From: a bacterium
GTDB taxonomy: Bacteria; UBP6; UBA1177
Length of the DNA stretch: 64,000 bases
Assembly (NCBI GenBank): GCA_017645765.1
Contig: JAGCNV010000057.1
Coordinates: forward strand, 2,045 to 66,044
Reading direction: 5' to 3'
Shown: positions 10,158 through 19,363 of the stretch, in pieces
Numbering within the stretch: position 1 is the first letter of the stretch
How the letters are laid out: each line of letters opens with the position of its first letter
Notes under the pieces: generated by a model
Seen by the model: the letters and a program-made list of their open reading frames with translations, nothing else
The model's database searches: none
Told to the model about the DNA's origin: nothing
Made by a program: the position numbers and the translations under genes

Positions 10158-10296
10158 TAAAAACTCCTCAAAAACAATAAACCCGCCGATTTTATTCACG
10201 TTCGCCGCTGCTTCAAGTTTTTTCTATGTGATCCTGATCCAAGTTGTCAAATCTCCACTTTTCTGCTATAAAATTCGGACGTTTTTGGAGGAAACT

Positions 10297-12063
10297 TTGT
10301 CTGAAACTATCGGAAATTCCTACATCATTGATGAAACGCTGCTGAAAAAACTGCCCGAAACACCGGGAGTCTATCAGTTCAAGAACAAGCTCGGAAAAGT
10401 AATTTACATCGGCAAGGCTAAGAACCTGAGAGCGCGTGTTTCGCAGTATATTTCTGGAACCGACAGCAGACCTATGGTCGAAACGCTCGTGAAAAAGGCG
10501 GGAAGCGTCGAGATCATCCTCACGAATTCGGAAACCGAGGCGCTCGTTCTCGAAAACTTGCTCATAAAAAACAGGCAGCCCCTTTTCAACATCGACCTCA
10601 AGGACGACAAAACCTACCCTTATCTGGCTGTTACCGACGAAGAGTGGCCGCGCCTCATCTCTACAAGACGCCTAAGCAAAAAACTCAAATATTTCAGAGG
10701 CCCTTTCACGCAGATAAACCTCATGAACTCGCTGAAATCGCTGATCCAGGCGCTTTATCCGCTCAAATACTGCTCGAACAAACGTCCGAAAGGGTGCATA
10801 AACTTCGAGCTCGGCCTCTGCCCTGCTCCGTGCAGAAAAGATGCCGACCGTGAAAAGTATCTTGAAAACGTGAAAAACACTATCGAGATTCTGCAAGGGA
10901 AAAAGTGGAACGAAATTTCAAGGATAATTCAGGAAAAAATCGCTTCGAACGCTGAAGCCTTGAATTTTGAAAAAGCAGCCAAGTTACGGGATCTAATGAC
11001 GCTTCTTCCTGACATCAAAAGAAAATATTCAGTTGAGTTTTCGGGAAACGGCGCCGAGGATTTCTTCTGCTTCAAGCGTCTCGGAGACCTTCTTTTCGCG
11101 GCGGCGGCAAGATACAGCGAAGGAAAAATGCTTTCCCTCAAATCCTTCTCGGCATCAGGAATCTTCGATGACATGAAAAGCTGGGTTTCGACCTTTCTCA
11201 CCTCGTTCTATTCAGGGCGCGACATGCCCGACAAAATCTTTCTTTTCCCCGAAACGCTTTCAAAAGAGGAACTATCGGCAATATTGCAGCGGAACATCAG
11301 AAAAACAGGGTCTTTCGGCGGCGAAATCCTGAAAATGCTGCAAACCAACATCGAGCAGAACATCCGCGTTTTCCTGAACGACACCGAAAAGACGAACAAA
11401 TCGCTTTCAGTCATCTCGAAATTCCTGAAAACAAAGGTCTCATCAATACTCTGCCTCGACATTTCTACACTTTACGGCGAATACAACGTCGCAGGAGCAG
11501 TCTGGTGGGAAAACGGCAGATTCGACAAAAAGAAATACCGCAGATACAAAATCAAAACCGTCAAAGGTGTAGATGATTTCGGAAGTCTGCGCGAAGTCGC
11601 GGCGCGTCTTCTCAAACGCTGGGAGGAAAACTCGCTCGAAAAACCGTCGTTACTTCTCATCGACGGCGGCGAAGGGCAGGTCTCATCTGTAAATTCGGTC
11701 ATCAACGGCGCGGTGAAAGTCGCAGGGATCATCAAAGACAGGCACAATGTCAAAGGAATGGAACTGCTGATCGACGGGAAAGGAAACGAACTCGTGCTTC
11801 AGGACACAGTTTTCGCAATGACTTTAAAAGCGATACGTGACGAAACACACCGTTTTTCGATCACTTTCAACCGCGAACTGCGCAAAGGAAGGCTCGATTT
11901 CCCGCTTGCGAAAGTCAAAGGGATCGGCAAAGCGAGAGAAAACGCACTGCTTGACAAGTTCCGCACCATTTCGGCGATAAAAGAGGCCACTCCCGAAGAA
12001 CTCATGCAAGTCAAGGGAATCACTAAAGAAATAGCCGAAGAAATACTAAGAGCGCTCAAATAA
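10297..12063 (+). CDS. uvrC: excinuclease ABC subunit C
   Basis: GIY-YIG (PGVYQF...IYIGKAKNLRARV); RNase H-like region (CLDIS, DDF, LIDGG.GQ, IRDETHRF); C-terminal HhH. TTG start after GGAGG. Confidence 0.95.
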   Translation: MSETIGNSYIIDETLLKKLPETPGVYQFKNKLGKVIYIGKAKNLRARVSQYISGTDSRPMVETLVKKAGSVEIILTNSETEALVLENLLIKNRQPLFNIDLKDDKTYPYLAVTDEEWPRLISTRRLSKKLKYFRGPFTQINLMNSLKSLIQALYPLKYCSNKRPKGCINFELGLCPAPCRKDADREKYLENVKNTIEILQGKKWNEISRIIQEKIASNAEALNFEKAAKLRDLMTLLPDIKRKYSVEFSGNGAEDFFCFKRLGDLLFAAAARYSEGKMLSLKSFSASGIFDDMKSWVSTFLTSFYSGRDMPDKIFLFPETLSKEELSAILQRNIRKTGSFGGEILKMLQTNIEQNIRVFLNDTEKTNKSLSVISKFLKTKVSSILCLDISTLYGEYNVAGAVWWENGRFDKKKYRRYKIKTVKGVDDFGSLREVAARLLKRWEENSLEKPSLLLIDGGEGQVSSVNSVINGAVKVAGIIKDRHNVKGMELLIDGKGNELVLQDTVFAMTLKAIRDETHRFSITFNRELRKGRLDFPLAKVKGIGKARENALLDKFRTISAIKEATPEELMQVKGITKEIAEEILRALK

Positions 12064-12074
12064 AAAGATTTTTC

Positions 12075-12285
12075 CCGTCATGTCGAGCAGCGCGAAACAT
12101 CTCGGGCCTCACCCTTTTTATTCCACTCTCCAGTATGGCTATGGGAAAATCGTTTAACTCAGAATGACGGTTGCCAAGCGGTCTTTGGTTGCGAAAATGA
12201 ACGGATAACTGCTAATCCTTGGCTCCCACTTTGGGGGTCAGAACACTGCGACTGAGAGGGCTTCGGGTGCTGAGCAGTCGAAGCA
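12075..12285. repeat. cluster of REP-like palindromic elements
   Basis: ccgtcat...atgacgg ends (12075-12170); cttggctcccactttggggg...gcgactgagagggc (12218-12261); ctgagcagtcgaagc. Motifs recur at 15018, 18318-18413 and 19620-19684. Confidence 0.6.
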
Positions 12286-12370
12286 AAAACTTGCCTTTCC
12301 GTTTCAATTCAATAATATAGCGCGCGTTCGATTTTTAATGAGATCTGTTTTGTTAATAGTGAATAAATTT

Positions 12371-12395
12371 ATCAAGAATCAAGAATCAAGAATCA
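12371..12395 (+). repeat. 7-nt tandem repeat (ATCAAGA)x3.5
   Basis: Read directly from the sequence upstream of the gene at 12530. Confidence 0.9.
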
Positions 12396-12529
12396 CATTT
12401 CAATTATATTTGATTTAGAAATAAAATCAAGTTTTTTTAATAATTTTCCGCGCCGCTCCCTAAGCTCCTTAGATTCCCTAAATTCCCTACTCTTCACGGT
12501 GGCACGCACCACAAAACCGGAGGTTTAGC

Positions 12530-14950
12530 ATGAAAAAATTCTGTTCCGTTTTCGCACTTTTCTGCCTACTGTTTTTCGCAGTTTCCTGCGATTCAGGAAT
12601 CAAATTTGAGAACCCGAATGACATAAACTCTGATGCCTACAATCCTGAAAGCAGCGAAAATGAAACCAATGATGAAGACACCGACCAAACCGACACAGAA
12701 CAAGAAAACGAAAACAGTGACACCGAGCCTGACAACAGCGATTCCGAGCCGGAAGACACAGACACGGATGATCCTGAGGACGATACCGATTCAGGTGATA
12801 CCGCTGATGAAGACTACACCGAAGATATCACCGATACAGGCACGGAAACCGGTGAAACGCGAGTTCAGGACTGCTCCGAGCTGCCCGAAAATGCACAGTG
12901 GAACACTGTTTCGGCGATAGTCCAGAGCTGGGACGGTGAAAAGTGGGTCCCGTCGTCAAAAACATCATTCAATCTGGAAGGAAGCGAGGACGAATGCCGC
13001 TTTAAATGCAGCACAAACTACGGCTGGGACGGCTCAAAATGCGATGCCGATACAAGAAATGTCTACTGCGATAACCTGCCGGAACACGCTCAATGGAATG
13101 ACGGCGGCAGAAACGGCACTTTTGCCCAGACCTGGAACGGCGAAGTGTGGGTCCCGACTTCCCACGACGCGGTTTACAGCAAAACTCCTGCTGAATGCGG
13201 ATTTATCTGCGTTACTGGTTATGTCTGGGACGGCTCACAGTGCGACACCGCACCTACTCAGAGCGCAAACTGCACGGGGCTTCCTTCTGGAGCTGAGTGG
13301 AACACGGCTTCAAGCATAACCCAGACCTGGGACGGTGAAAAATGGGTTCCCGAATCAACTGCCGGTGTTTACAACACGACAGCCAGCACAACGGAATGCC
13401 GCTTTAAATGCAAAACCAATTACACATGGAGCGGTTCATCCTGCGTTGCGAACACAAAAGTTTCTCCCTGCATGAACCTGCCCGAAAACGCGCAGTGGAA
13501 TACAGTAAACAGCATCACGCAGACTTGGAGCGGAGAAGAGTGGCAGCCTTCAACAACCGGAACTTACAACACGACATCTTCGACAACTCAGTGCAGGTTC
13601 AAATGCAACACGAACTACACTTGGAACGGTTCAATCTGCGCGGCAGACACAAAAGTCGGCAAATGCCCTTCAAAACCGGCAAATACAGTCTGGAACGACG
13701 GCGGAGCAAACGGCACATTCACCCAGACTTGGAACGGAGAAGACTGGATCCCTGCAAGCTATGACTCGGAATACAGCCTGACAGCAGGCATCTGCCGCTA
13801 TAAATGCGATACCGGCTACGCATGGAATAACGGCGTATGCGAAACAGCTTCGACAAGAACCGCCGCTTGCCAGTCAAAGCCTGCGAACACTGAATGGAAC
13901 ACGGTTTCAGAAATCACGCAGACATACACCGGTTCAGGCTGGCAGCCTTCAACCACACCAGTTTACAACGAAACTCCGAGCGAAAGCGAATGCAGATACA
14001 AATGCGCATCGGGATACAACTGGAACGGAAATTCCTGCACAAATCAATCGCCTTCAGGCACGCTCACTCTCGGCAACATCTGCACAGGGCAGACATCGTG
14101 CTACAACGCATCATCCTCAATGACCTGCCCGACCTCGTCGAGTGCCGATTTCTTCGGGCAGGATGCACAGTATGCAGCTCAGGGAATATGCACACCACAG
14201 AGTTTCACAGTTCAGACGATTTCATCACAAAAAGTCGTCCTTGACAACAATACTGGTTTGATGTGGCAGCAGACGATCGCGCCTTCGACTTACATTTGGG
14301 ACAAAGCCGTTTTATACTGCAACAATCTGCCTTACGCAAGTTACACAGACTGGAGAGTGCCGACACCGAACGAACTTCTGACTATCGTTGAGAACAGCAA
14401 GTATGATCAGGCAATCGACACGACCTATTTTCCTAACACCCCGGGCAGCTATTTTTGGTCTTCCTCTACCTACGCCTCCAATACTAGCTACGCGTGGGGC
14501 GTGCTCTTCGGCTACGGCTATGTGTACGGCAGCTATAAGACAGGCGACAGCTATGTGCGTTGTGTGAGAGGGGCAGCCTTGCCGACAGGATCTTTTACAT
14601 CCACGACAGTTCAAGGTAATGTCATTGTGACAGACACAGAAACCGGACTCATCTGGCAGAAAACTTATGTGTCGGGCAAAACCTGGCAACAGGCTCTTTC
14701 CTACTGCGAAAGTCTGACTTATGCAGGATATTCCGACTGGCGGCTTCCAGACAAAAACGAACTCGCTTCGCTTATAAATTATGAAAAATATAACCCTGCA
14801 TCAGATTTTCCTGATATGCCTTCACAATATTTTTGGTCTTCCTCTACCTACGCCGGCTATACTTACTACGCGTGGTACGTGAACTTCAACGACGGGAATG
14901 TGGACAGCAGCAATAAGACAGACAGCCGCTATGTGCGTTGTGTGAGGTAA
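12530..14950 (+). CDS. lipoprotein with six Cys-rich repeats and two tandem DUF1566 domains; putative DGR target
   Basis: GGAGG RBS; FAVSC lipobox-like signal; acidic linker; six ~65-aa Cys repeats; GQDAQY; two domains D..TGL.WQ...W..A..YC..L.YA.Y.DWR.P...FWSSST...YVRCVR. Confidence 0.92.
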   Translation: MKKFCSVFALFCLLFFAVSCDSGIKFENPNDINSDAYNPESSENETNDEDTDQTDTEQENENSDTEPDNSDSEPEDTDTDDPEDDTDSGDTADEDYTEDITDTGTETGETRVQDCSELPENAQWNTVSAIVQSWDGEKWVPSSKTSFNLEGSEDECRFKCSTNYGWDGSKCDADTRNVYCDNLPEHAQWNDGGRNGTFAQTWNGEVWVPTSHDAVYSKTPAECGFICVTGYVWDGSQCDTAPTQSANCTGLPSGAEWNTASSITQTWDGEKWVPESTAGVYNTTASTTECRFKCKTNYTWSGSSCVANTKVSPCMNLPENAQWNTVNSITQTWSGEEWQPSTTGTYNTTSSTTQCRFKCNTNYTWNGSICAADTKVGKCPSKPANTVWNDGGANGTFTQTWNGEDWIPASYDSEYSLTAGICRYKCDTGYAWNNGVCETASTRTAACQSKPANTEWNTVSEITQTYTGSGWQPSTTPVYNETPSESECRYKCASGYNWNGNSCTNQSPSGTLTLGNICTGQTSCYNASSSMTCPTSSSADFFGQDAQYAAQGICTPQSFTVQTISSQKVVLDNNTGLMWQQTIAPSTYIWDKAVLYCNNLPYASYTDWRVPTPNELLTIVENSKYDQAIDTTYFPNTPGSYFWSSSTYASNTSYAWGVLFGYGYVYGSYKTGDSYVRCVRGAALPTGSFTSTTVQGNVIVTDTETGLIWQKTYVSGKTWQQALSYCESLTYAGYSDWRLPDKNELASLINYEKYNPASDFPDMPSQYFWSSSTYAGYTYYAWYVNFNDGNVDSSNKTDSRYVRCVR
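14450..14568 (+). repeat. putative DGR variable region VR1 (internal)
   Basis: 119-nt ungapped match to 14828-14946 with 21 mismatches, 20 of them at positions 1-2 of NNC/NNT codons. Confidence 0.8.
14828..14946 (+). repeat. putative DGR variable region VR2 (3' terminal)
   Basis: Partner of VR1; retains several AAC/AAT codons; ends just before the stop codon. Confidence 0.82.
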
Positions 14951-14990
14951 GTATCCGTGACCGCATTTTACGAGCGCAGCGAGTTATTTT

Positions 14991-15017
14991 CGCCCGCCCT
15001 TTTGAAGGGGGCGGGCG
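14991..15017 (+). terminator. GC-rich hairpin downstream of VR2
   Basis: cgcccgccc/gggcgggcg 9-bp perfect stem. Could be a terminator or a DGR homing-associated hairpin; no clear U-tract on +. Confidence 0.45.
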
Positions 15018-15063
15018 CTTGGCTCCCACTTCGGGGGAGCTGCCGCAAAGCGGCTGAGAGGGC
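15018..15063. repeat. REP-like palindromic element
   Basis: cttggctcccacttcgggggagctgccgcaaagcggctgagagggc; related to 12218-12261 and, inverted, to 18389-18413. Confidence 0.65.
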
Positions 15064-15112
15064 ATCCCGCCGCAGGCGGGTCGAAAATTTTTAATTTTTT
15101 AGGAGATACAAA

Positions 15113-17068
15113 ATGAAAAAACTTTTTCTCGTTTTCACTTTGATTTTCAGCGTTATGTCGCTTTACGGCGCACCGAGACCTATTCAGCCTGTTCAGGCTC
15201 AACCAACGCAGAACCAGCAACCGGCGGCTCAGCAGCAAGCGGCACAGCCTAAAACCGTTGTCGCGAAATCATACAGTTTCGCAGAAGAGCTCATCGAGAT
15301 TCCTCTCAAGCCTTTTGAAGCGCAGAAAATCGCCGATTCGGACCTGATGAACATGAATCCGCAGCTACTTAAACTTTACGAAAACGCCGTGAATGCGGAA
15401 AAACAGGCGAACGCTTTCAGCAATCCGGCTTCTGTAATCAAAGCATGGACGGAAGTCAGCAAAATCACGCAGCAGAATCCGTTTCTTTACCTCGCTACGG
15501 CAAGGCTTAACGAATGGAAAACAGTTGTTGACCTTTTCAACAAGCATCAGGCAAGTTTGGACAAGATAAAAATGCTCCTTTCAAGCACCCTTCTCTCCGA
15601 CGAGCAGAAAACAAACCTCATCATGCAGCATCTTGAGGAATTCGGCCTCAGTTTCGGAACGCAGGAGACCCTGAATCTTGTCGAAAAGACGGCAATCCCG
15701 CAGAACGCGAACTTTCAGGCAAAAATAAAGGAGACAAAGCAGAAACGCTGCGAGAAAAATTCGGGCAAAGACTGCTTCGACTGCGGTGTCTCCGCTCAGG
15801 CTGAAAAAGAAAGATTCGAGCTTTTTGAAAAAGCATGCGGACTCAGATTCCAGCCGGGATGCGAGGAAGTCAACAAAATCAAAGCCGCGCAGGATGCTGA
15901 AAAAGCAAGGCTTGCGGCCGAAGAAAAACGCAAGGCAGACGAGTTTGCAAAACGCACTTTTGTTTTTCAGGATGAGCCGGTCAACGTGATAAAGCCTTTT
16001 GTTTTAGGCACAGTGAGCGAGCAGGACATACTGAATGCTGACCCGAAAGTGCTGAAAATGTTTGAAGATATGGTGAACAAAGAAAAACAGCCCGAAAACG
16101 TGAAAACACCCGGTGCAATGATCGTTGCATGGGAAGAAATAACAAAAATCACCGAGAAAAACCCCTTCCTGCAGGCTGCAACGCAGAGACTTGCCGAATG
16201 GAGGGCGTGCCTCGAAAAACTTGAGAAATACGAAGCTAAATCGGCTGAAATGAAAAAAGTAGAAGCAGATCAGTCGCTTGCCGTAAACTACAGGACCGCT
16301 TTCGCAGTGAATTATCTTAACGAATTCGGCATTTCGTTCGGAACAACCGAAGTCGTAAAAGCGACAGTCTACAACAACGAAATAACATACAGCGAAGCAC
16401 TCACCACAAAAATCAAGGAAATAAGAAAGCAAAGATGTGACCTCAATGCCGCACTCGACTGCCAGACTTACGGTCTTAAACACGCAGCAAACGATGCTGA
16501 AAAAGCAGCATACCTCAAAAAAGCGTGCGACCTTGGCCGCAAAGCGGCATGTTCAGGCGAACAGGCGGCCGCAGCGGAAGCAGCTCCCGTTGCAAACACA
16601 CAGCCGCAAGTCGCGGAACAGCCCAAAGAACCCGAAAAACCGAAAGAACTTACCGAAGAAGAAAAATACAAAAAAGAACTCAATGATGCAGGGCGCAGAA
16701 CAAGACTGATTGCCGGATCAACCACACTCGTTGCCGGAGTAGTCATCGGTGCACTCGGCGGAGTCTCACTCTACGGCATGAGCAAAGCTAAAAAAGACCG
16801 CGACGGATATCTCGACTCATATAACCACAGCGAAACTCAGGAAGAGATGGATCATTTCCGCAAAAAAACGAATGATGCCGACAGCAAACGGAAAACATAC
16901 ATGATTTTAGGCGGAGTCGGAATCGGTGTCGGAGTCGCCTTAATTGCAACCGGAATCACATTCTACAGCATCGAATTCAAAGACGAAAAAGAAGTTAAGA
17001 AAAAATACAACGTCTCCTTCGGCGCAAGCCCGATGGACGGAACTCTTCAATTTGCAATTAACTGGTAG
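15113..17068 (+). CDS. exported hypothetical protein with internal duplication, Sel1/Hcp-like Cys motifs and C-terminal TM pair
   Basis: Signal peptide; two homologous ~190-aa units (NPFL..AT.RL.EW, EFG.SFGT.E, KAC.L....C); two Gly-rich TMs. Confidence 0.75.
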   Translation: MKKLFLVFTLIFSVMSLYGAPRPIQPVQAQPTQNQQPAAQQQAAQPKTVVAKSYSFAEELIEIPLKPFEAQKIADSDLMNMNPQLLKLYENAVNAEKQANAFSNPASVIKAWTEVSKITQQNPFLYLATARLNEWKTVVDLFNKHQASLDKIKMLLSSTLLSDEQKTNLIMQHLEEFGLSFGTQETLNLVEKTAIPQNANFQAKIKETKQKRCEKNSGKDCFDCGVSAQAEKERFELFEKACGLRFQPGCEEVNKIKAAQDAEKARLAAEEKRKADEFAKRTFVFQDEPVNVIKPFVLGTVSEQDILNADPKVLKMFEDMVNKEKQPENVKTPGAMIVAWEEITKITEKNPFLQAATQRLAEWRACLEKLEKYEAKSAEMKKVEADQSLAVNYRTAFAVNYLNEFGISFGTTEVVKATVYNNEITYSEALTTKIKEIRKQRCDLNAALDCQTYGLKHAANDAEKAAYLKKACDLGRKAACSGEQAAAAEAAPVANTQPQVAEQPKEPEKPKELTEEEKYKKELNDAGRRTRLIAGSTTLVAGVVIGALGGVSLYGMSKAKKDRDGYLDSYNHSETQEEMDHFRKKTNDADSKRKTYMILGGVGIGVGVALIATGITFYSIEFKDEKEVKKKYNVSFGASPMDGTLQFAINW

Positions 17069-17109
17069 ACGTGACCTGACACGTCCAAACGTATTTTGTG
17101 GAGGCAAAA

Positions 17110-18195
17110 ATGAAATTCAACTCTTTGATTTTATTGCTCGTTTCGTTGTTCGTTCTGTTTTCCTGCGATTCCGGGATCAAATTCAACAATCCGAACGACA
17201 TAAATTCAGACGCATACAATCCAAGCGACACAGAAGCAGACACCGACGATGACAGCGACAAAACTGACACGATATCAGAATACGACGAAGATAAAACTGA
17301 CACGGTGTCAGGAAATGATGAAGAAGAAACCGACACTTCCGTGCCAGACGATGACACCGATACAACTCCGGCTGATCCCTGTGATCCAAATCCGTGCAAC
17401 AGTATCGAAAATTCGACTGGCGACTGCACTGTCAACGGCACAGGCTATATCTGCGGCTGCAATACGCACTACACATGGGTAGACTCACTCTGTAAGGCGG
17501 AAGAGCGGGCTAAACCATGCACCGGAAAACCGGAGAACGCAAGCTGGAATACAGCTTCACAGATAAAACAAACATGGAACGGTGAAGACTGGTATCCATC
17601 TACTGCAGGTGTTTACAACACAAATGCAAGTACAACGGAATGCAGGTTCAAATGCGATACAGGCTACAACTGGAATGGCTCAGCCTGCGTTTCAGGCGGC
17701 TCGTCACTTCCTGAATGCAGCGCGTCGTCAGGCACACCGTGCAAGGATTCGTCAAGCGGCCTCATCTGGTCGGCAAAGGCATCAAGCAGGATGACTTGGA
17801 GCAACGCAGTTTCGTATTGTGACAATCTGACAGAAGGCGGCTATTCAGACTGGCATTTACCGAATATTGACGAGCTCAAAACGCTTTTGATAGCAAACAG
17901 AGTAACAAGCAACTGTGCAGTAAGCGAAGCAAACAACTGCTTGTCTTACAGCAGCTGCTGGAGCTGCTCGACCTGCACGCAGACAGGCACTCAGTCATCA
18001 AGCGGAACAAGGTGTTCTGATTGGGGAACTTCATACAGCGACGGCAGATACAGCAAATTCGGAGAAACCGGCGGATTCTGGTCTTCCTCTACTCAATCAG
18101 ATAATACAGGTTACGCATGGCGCGTGGATTTCGGCTACGGAAGCGTGTACAGCCTCGATAAGACTGACAGCCGCGATGTCCGTTGTGTGAGGTAG
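17110..18195 (+). CDS. DUF1566 domain lipoprotein; putative DGR target
   Basis: Lipobox-like LFSC then DSGIKF.NPNDINSDAYNP shared with the 12530 gene; EGF-like motif; one Cys repeat; DUF1566 ending FWSSST...VRCVR. Confidence 0.9.
   Translation: MKFNSLILLLVSLFVLFSCDSGIKFNNPNDINSDAYNPSDTEADTDDDSDKTDTISEYDEDKTDTVSGNDEEETDTSVPDDDTDTTPADPCDPNPCNSIENSTGDCTVNGTGYICGCNTHYTWVDSLCKAEERAKPCTGKPENASWNTASQIKQTWNGEDWYPSTAGVYNTNASTTECRFKCDTGYNWNGSACVSGGSSLPECSASSGTPCKDSSSGLIWSAKASSRMTWSNAVSYCDNLTEGGYSDWHLPNIDELKTLLIANRVTSNCAVSEANNCLSYSSCWSCSTCTQTGTQSSSGTRCSDWGTSYSDGRYSKFGETGGFWSSSTQSDNTGYAWRVDFGYGSVYSLDKTDSRDVRCVR
18073..18195 (+). repeat. putative DGR variable region VR3
   Basis: Colinear with VR1/VR2 (tggtcttcctctac ... 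cgttgtgtgagg); NNY codons at most of the same variable sites. Confidence 0.6.
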
Positions 18196-18317
18196 CCCGT
18201 TACGCAAAACAAAATCCCCTCAATCTCTCTGCGGGTTCGCAAACCGGATCCGCGGAGGAATTTTGTCCGTTGTGTAAGGAATTAGGAATAATAAAATTTT
18301 CAATAATTTCTCCCCCC

Positions 18318-18413
18318 CATTTCCGTTTTGAGATGGCGAAACGGCAATGCACTTCTCCTGTCGCCGCTTCGACAAGCTCAGCGACCGCCAGCTTCCCCAA
18401 AATGGGAACCAAG
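18318..18413. repeat. ~65-nt direct repeat copy 1 plus inverted REP-like motif
   Basis: 18318-18381 matches 19620-19684; 18389-18413 is an imperfect reverse complement of the 15018 motif. Confidence 0.8.
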
Positions 18414-18484
18414 AATTGCAGGCGAGCCGCCCGCACTCCGACAAGTTCACAAATTCCTCAGAATTTTTCAATCAAAGATTTGTT

Positions 18485-19363
18485 TTAAGAATCTTTTTCT
18501 TTCACTTCCGAACAGACGTTTTTATCCGCGATTTCTTTCGCATTTTTACTGCTGATTGTCTTTGCACCTCGTTTTTCCAGAGATTTTCTCGCATCCAAAG
18601 CGACTTCTGCACCAGAAACGGCAACCTGTGCACTTTGTTCAAGATTTTCCGGATTTTCGTTTTTAGAAATTTCAGTCGCAGAAACTTCTGCGAGCATGTT
18701 CAGAATCAGTTCGACATTTGTCATGTTGTCTCGCAGATTTTCTTTTTTCAAACCTTTGAAATCCTTGTATTCTTTCGCGCTCATTCCAGCCCATGTGCGG
18801 TACATTAGATCGGTCAGCATTGCATATTCCCGTCCTGCCTTCACTCCGGATCTGTCCCATTCATCAGTCAGAGCTTTCCGAACTTCGATTGATTTCAGCC
18901 TTTGATTGATCCAGCTTTCACTATAACCAAGATTACGGTAAAACCTGATTGCCCGATCTATCGCAAGTTCAGGATCAGAGGCTTCATCAATAATCTCACT
19001 CCCAACTTTTGAAAGCCATACTTTGAAAGGCTCTGCTTTTTTGCTCGGAATTGACTGAATCAGCCTTAAAATCTGCTCTACATCACCGACATCGGTCAAG
19101 CGCATTTTGCCGTCTGCTGCAGGAAATTTCAACTGGTGACAATTTGTCACCGTTTCATTTCCTTCTTCTTTTAAACGCTGTTTCAGTTTGTTCCAATACT
19201 TGCGGACACGCAGAAAATCATCGCTTTCCGTCAGCACGGCAATCACATCCACGATAGAAAAATACCACTTTTCATTCTCGGAATCCCATGCTGCTCTAAC
19301 TTGGCTGTCGCCGAAGAACTGTGTTTTACTCTGCAAAGCATGATTCGTGTTGATTTCTTCCAT
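18485..19363 (-). CDS. Bro-N domain / phage antirepressor-like protein
   Basis: VRAAWD...WYFSIVDVIAVLT; YWNKLKQRL; DGKMRLTD; RLIQSIPSKKAEPFKVWL; KENLRDNMT. Confidence 0.88.
   Translation of the reverse strand: MEEINTNHALQSKTQFFGDSQVRAAWDSENEKWYFSIVDVIAVLTESDDFLRVRKYWNKLKQRLKEEGNETVTNCHQLKFPAADGKMRLTDVGDVEQILRLIQSIPSKKAEPFKVWLSKVGSEIIDEASDPELAIDRAIRFYRNLGYSESWINQRLKSIEVRKALTDEWDRSGVKAGREYAMLTDLMYRTWAGMSAKEYKDFKGLKKENLRDNMTNVELILNMLAEVSATEISKNENPENLEQSAQVAVSGAEVALDARKSLEKRGAKTISSKNAKEIADKNVCSEVKEKDS

Noticed and set aside
9916-10296. Apparent 127-aa N-terminal extension of UvrC
   Set aside because: It overlaps the divergent glycosyltransferase gene; an RBS and TTG at 10297 give a normal start.
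14450-14946. VR1/VR2 as a simple recent domain duplication
   Set aside because: Ordinary divergence accumulates at synonymous third positions and would extend across the domain; here third positions are almost invariant and the similarity stops abruptly.
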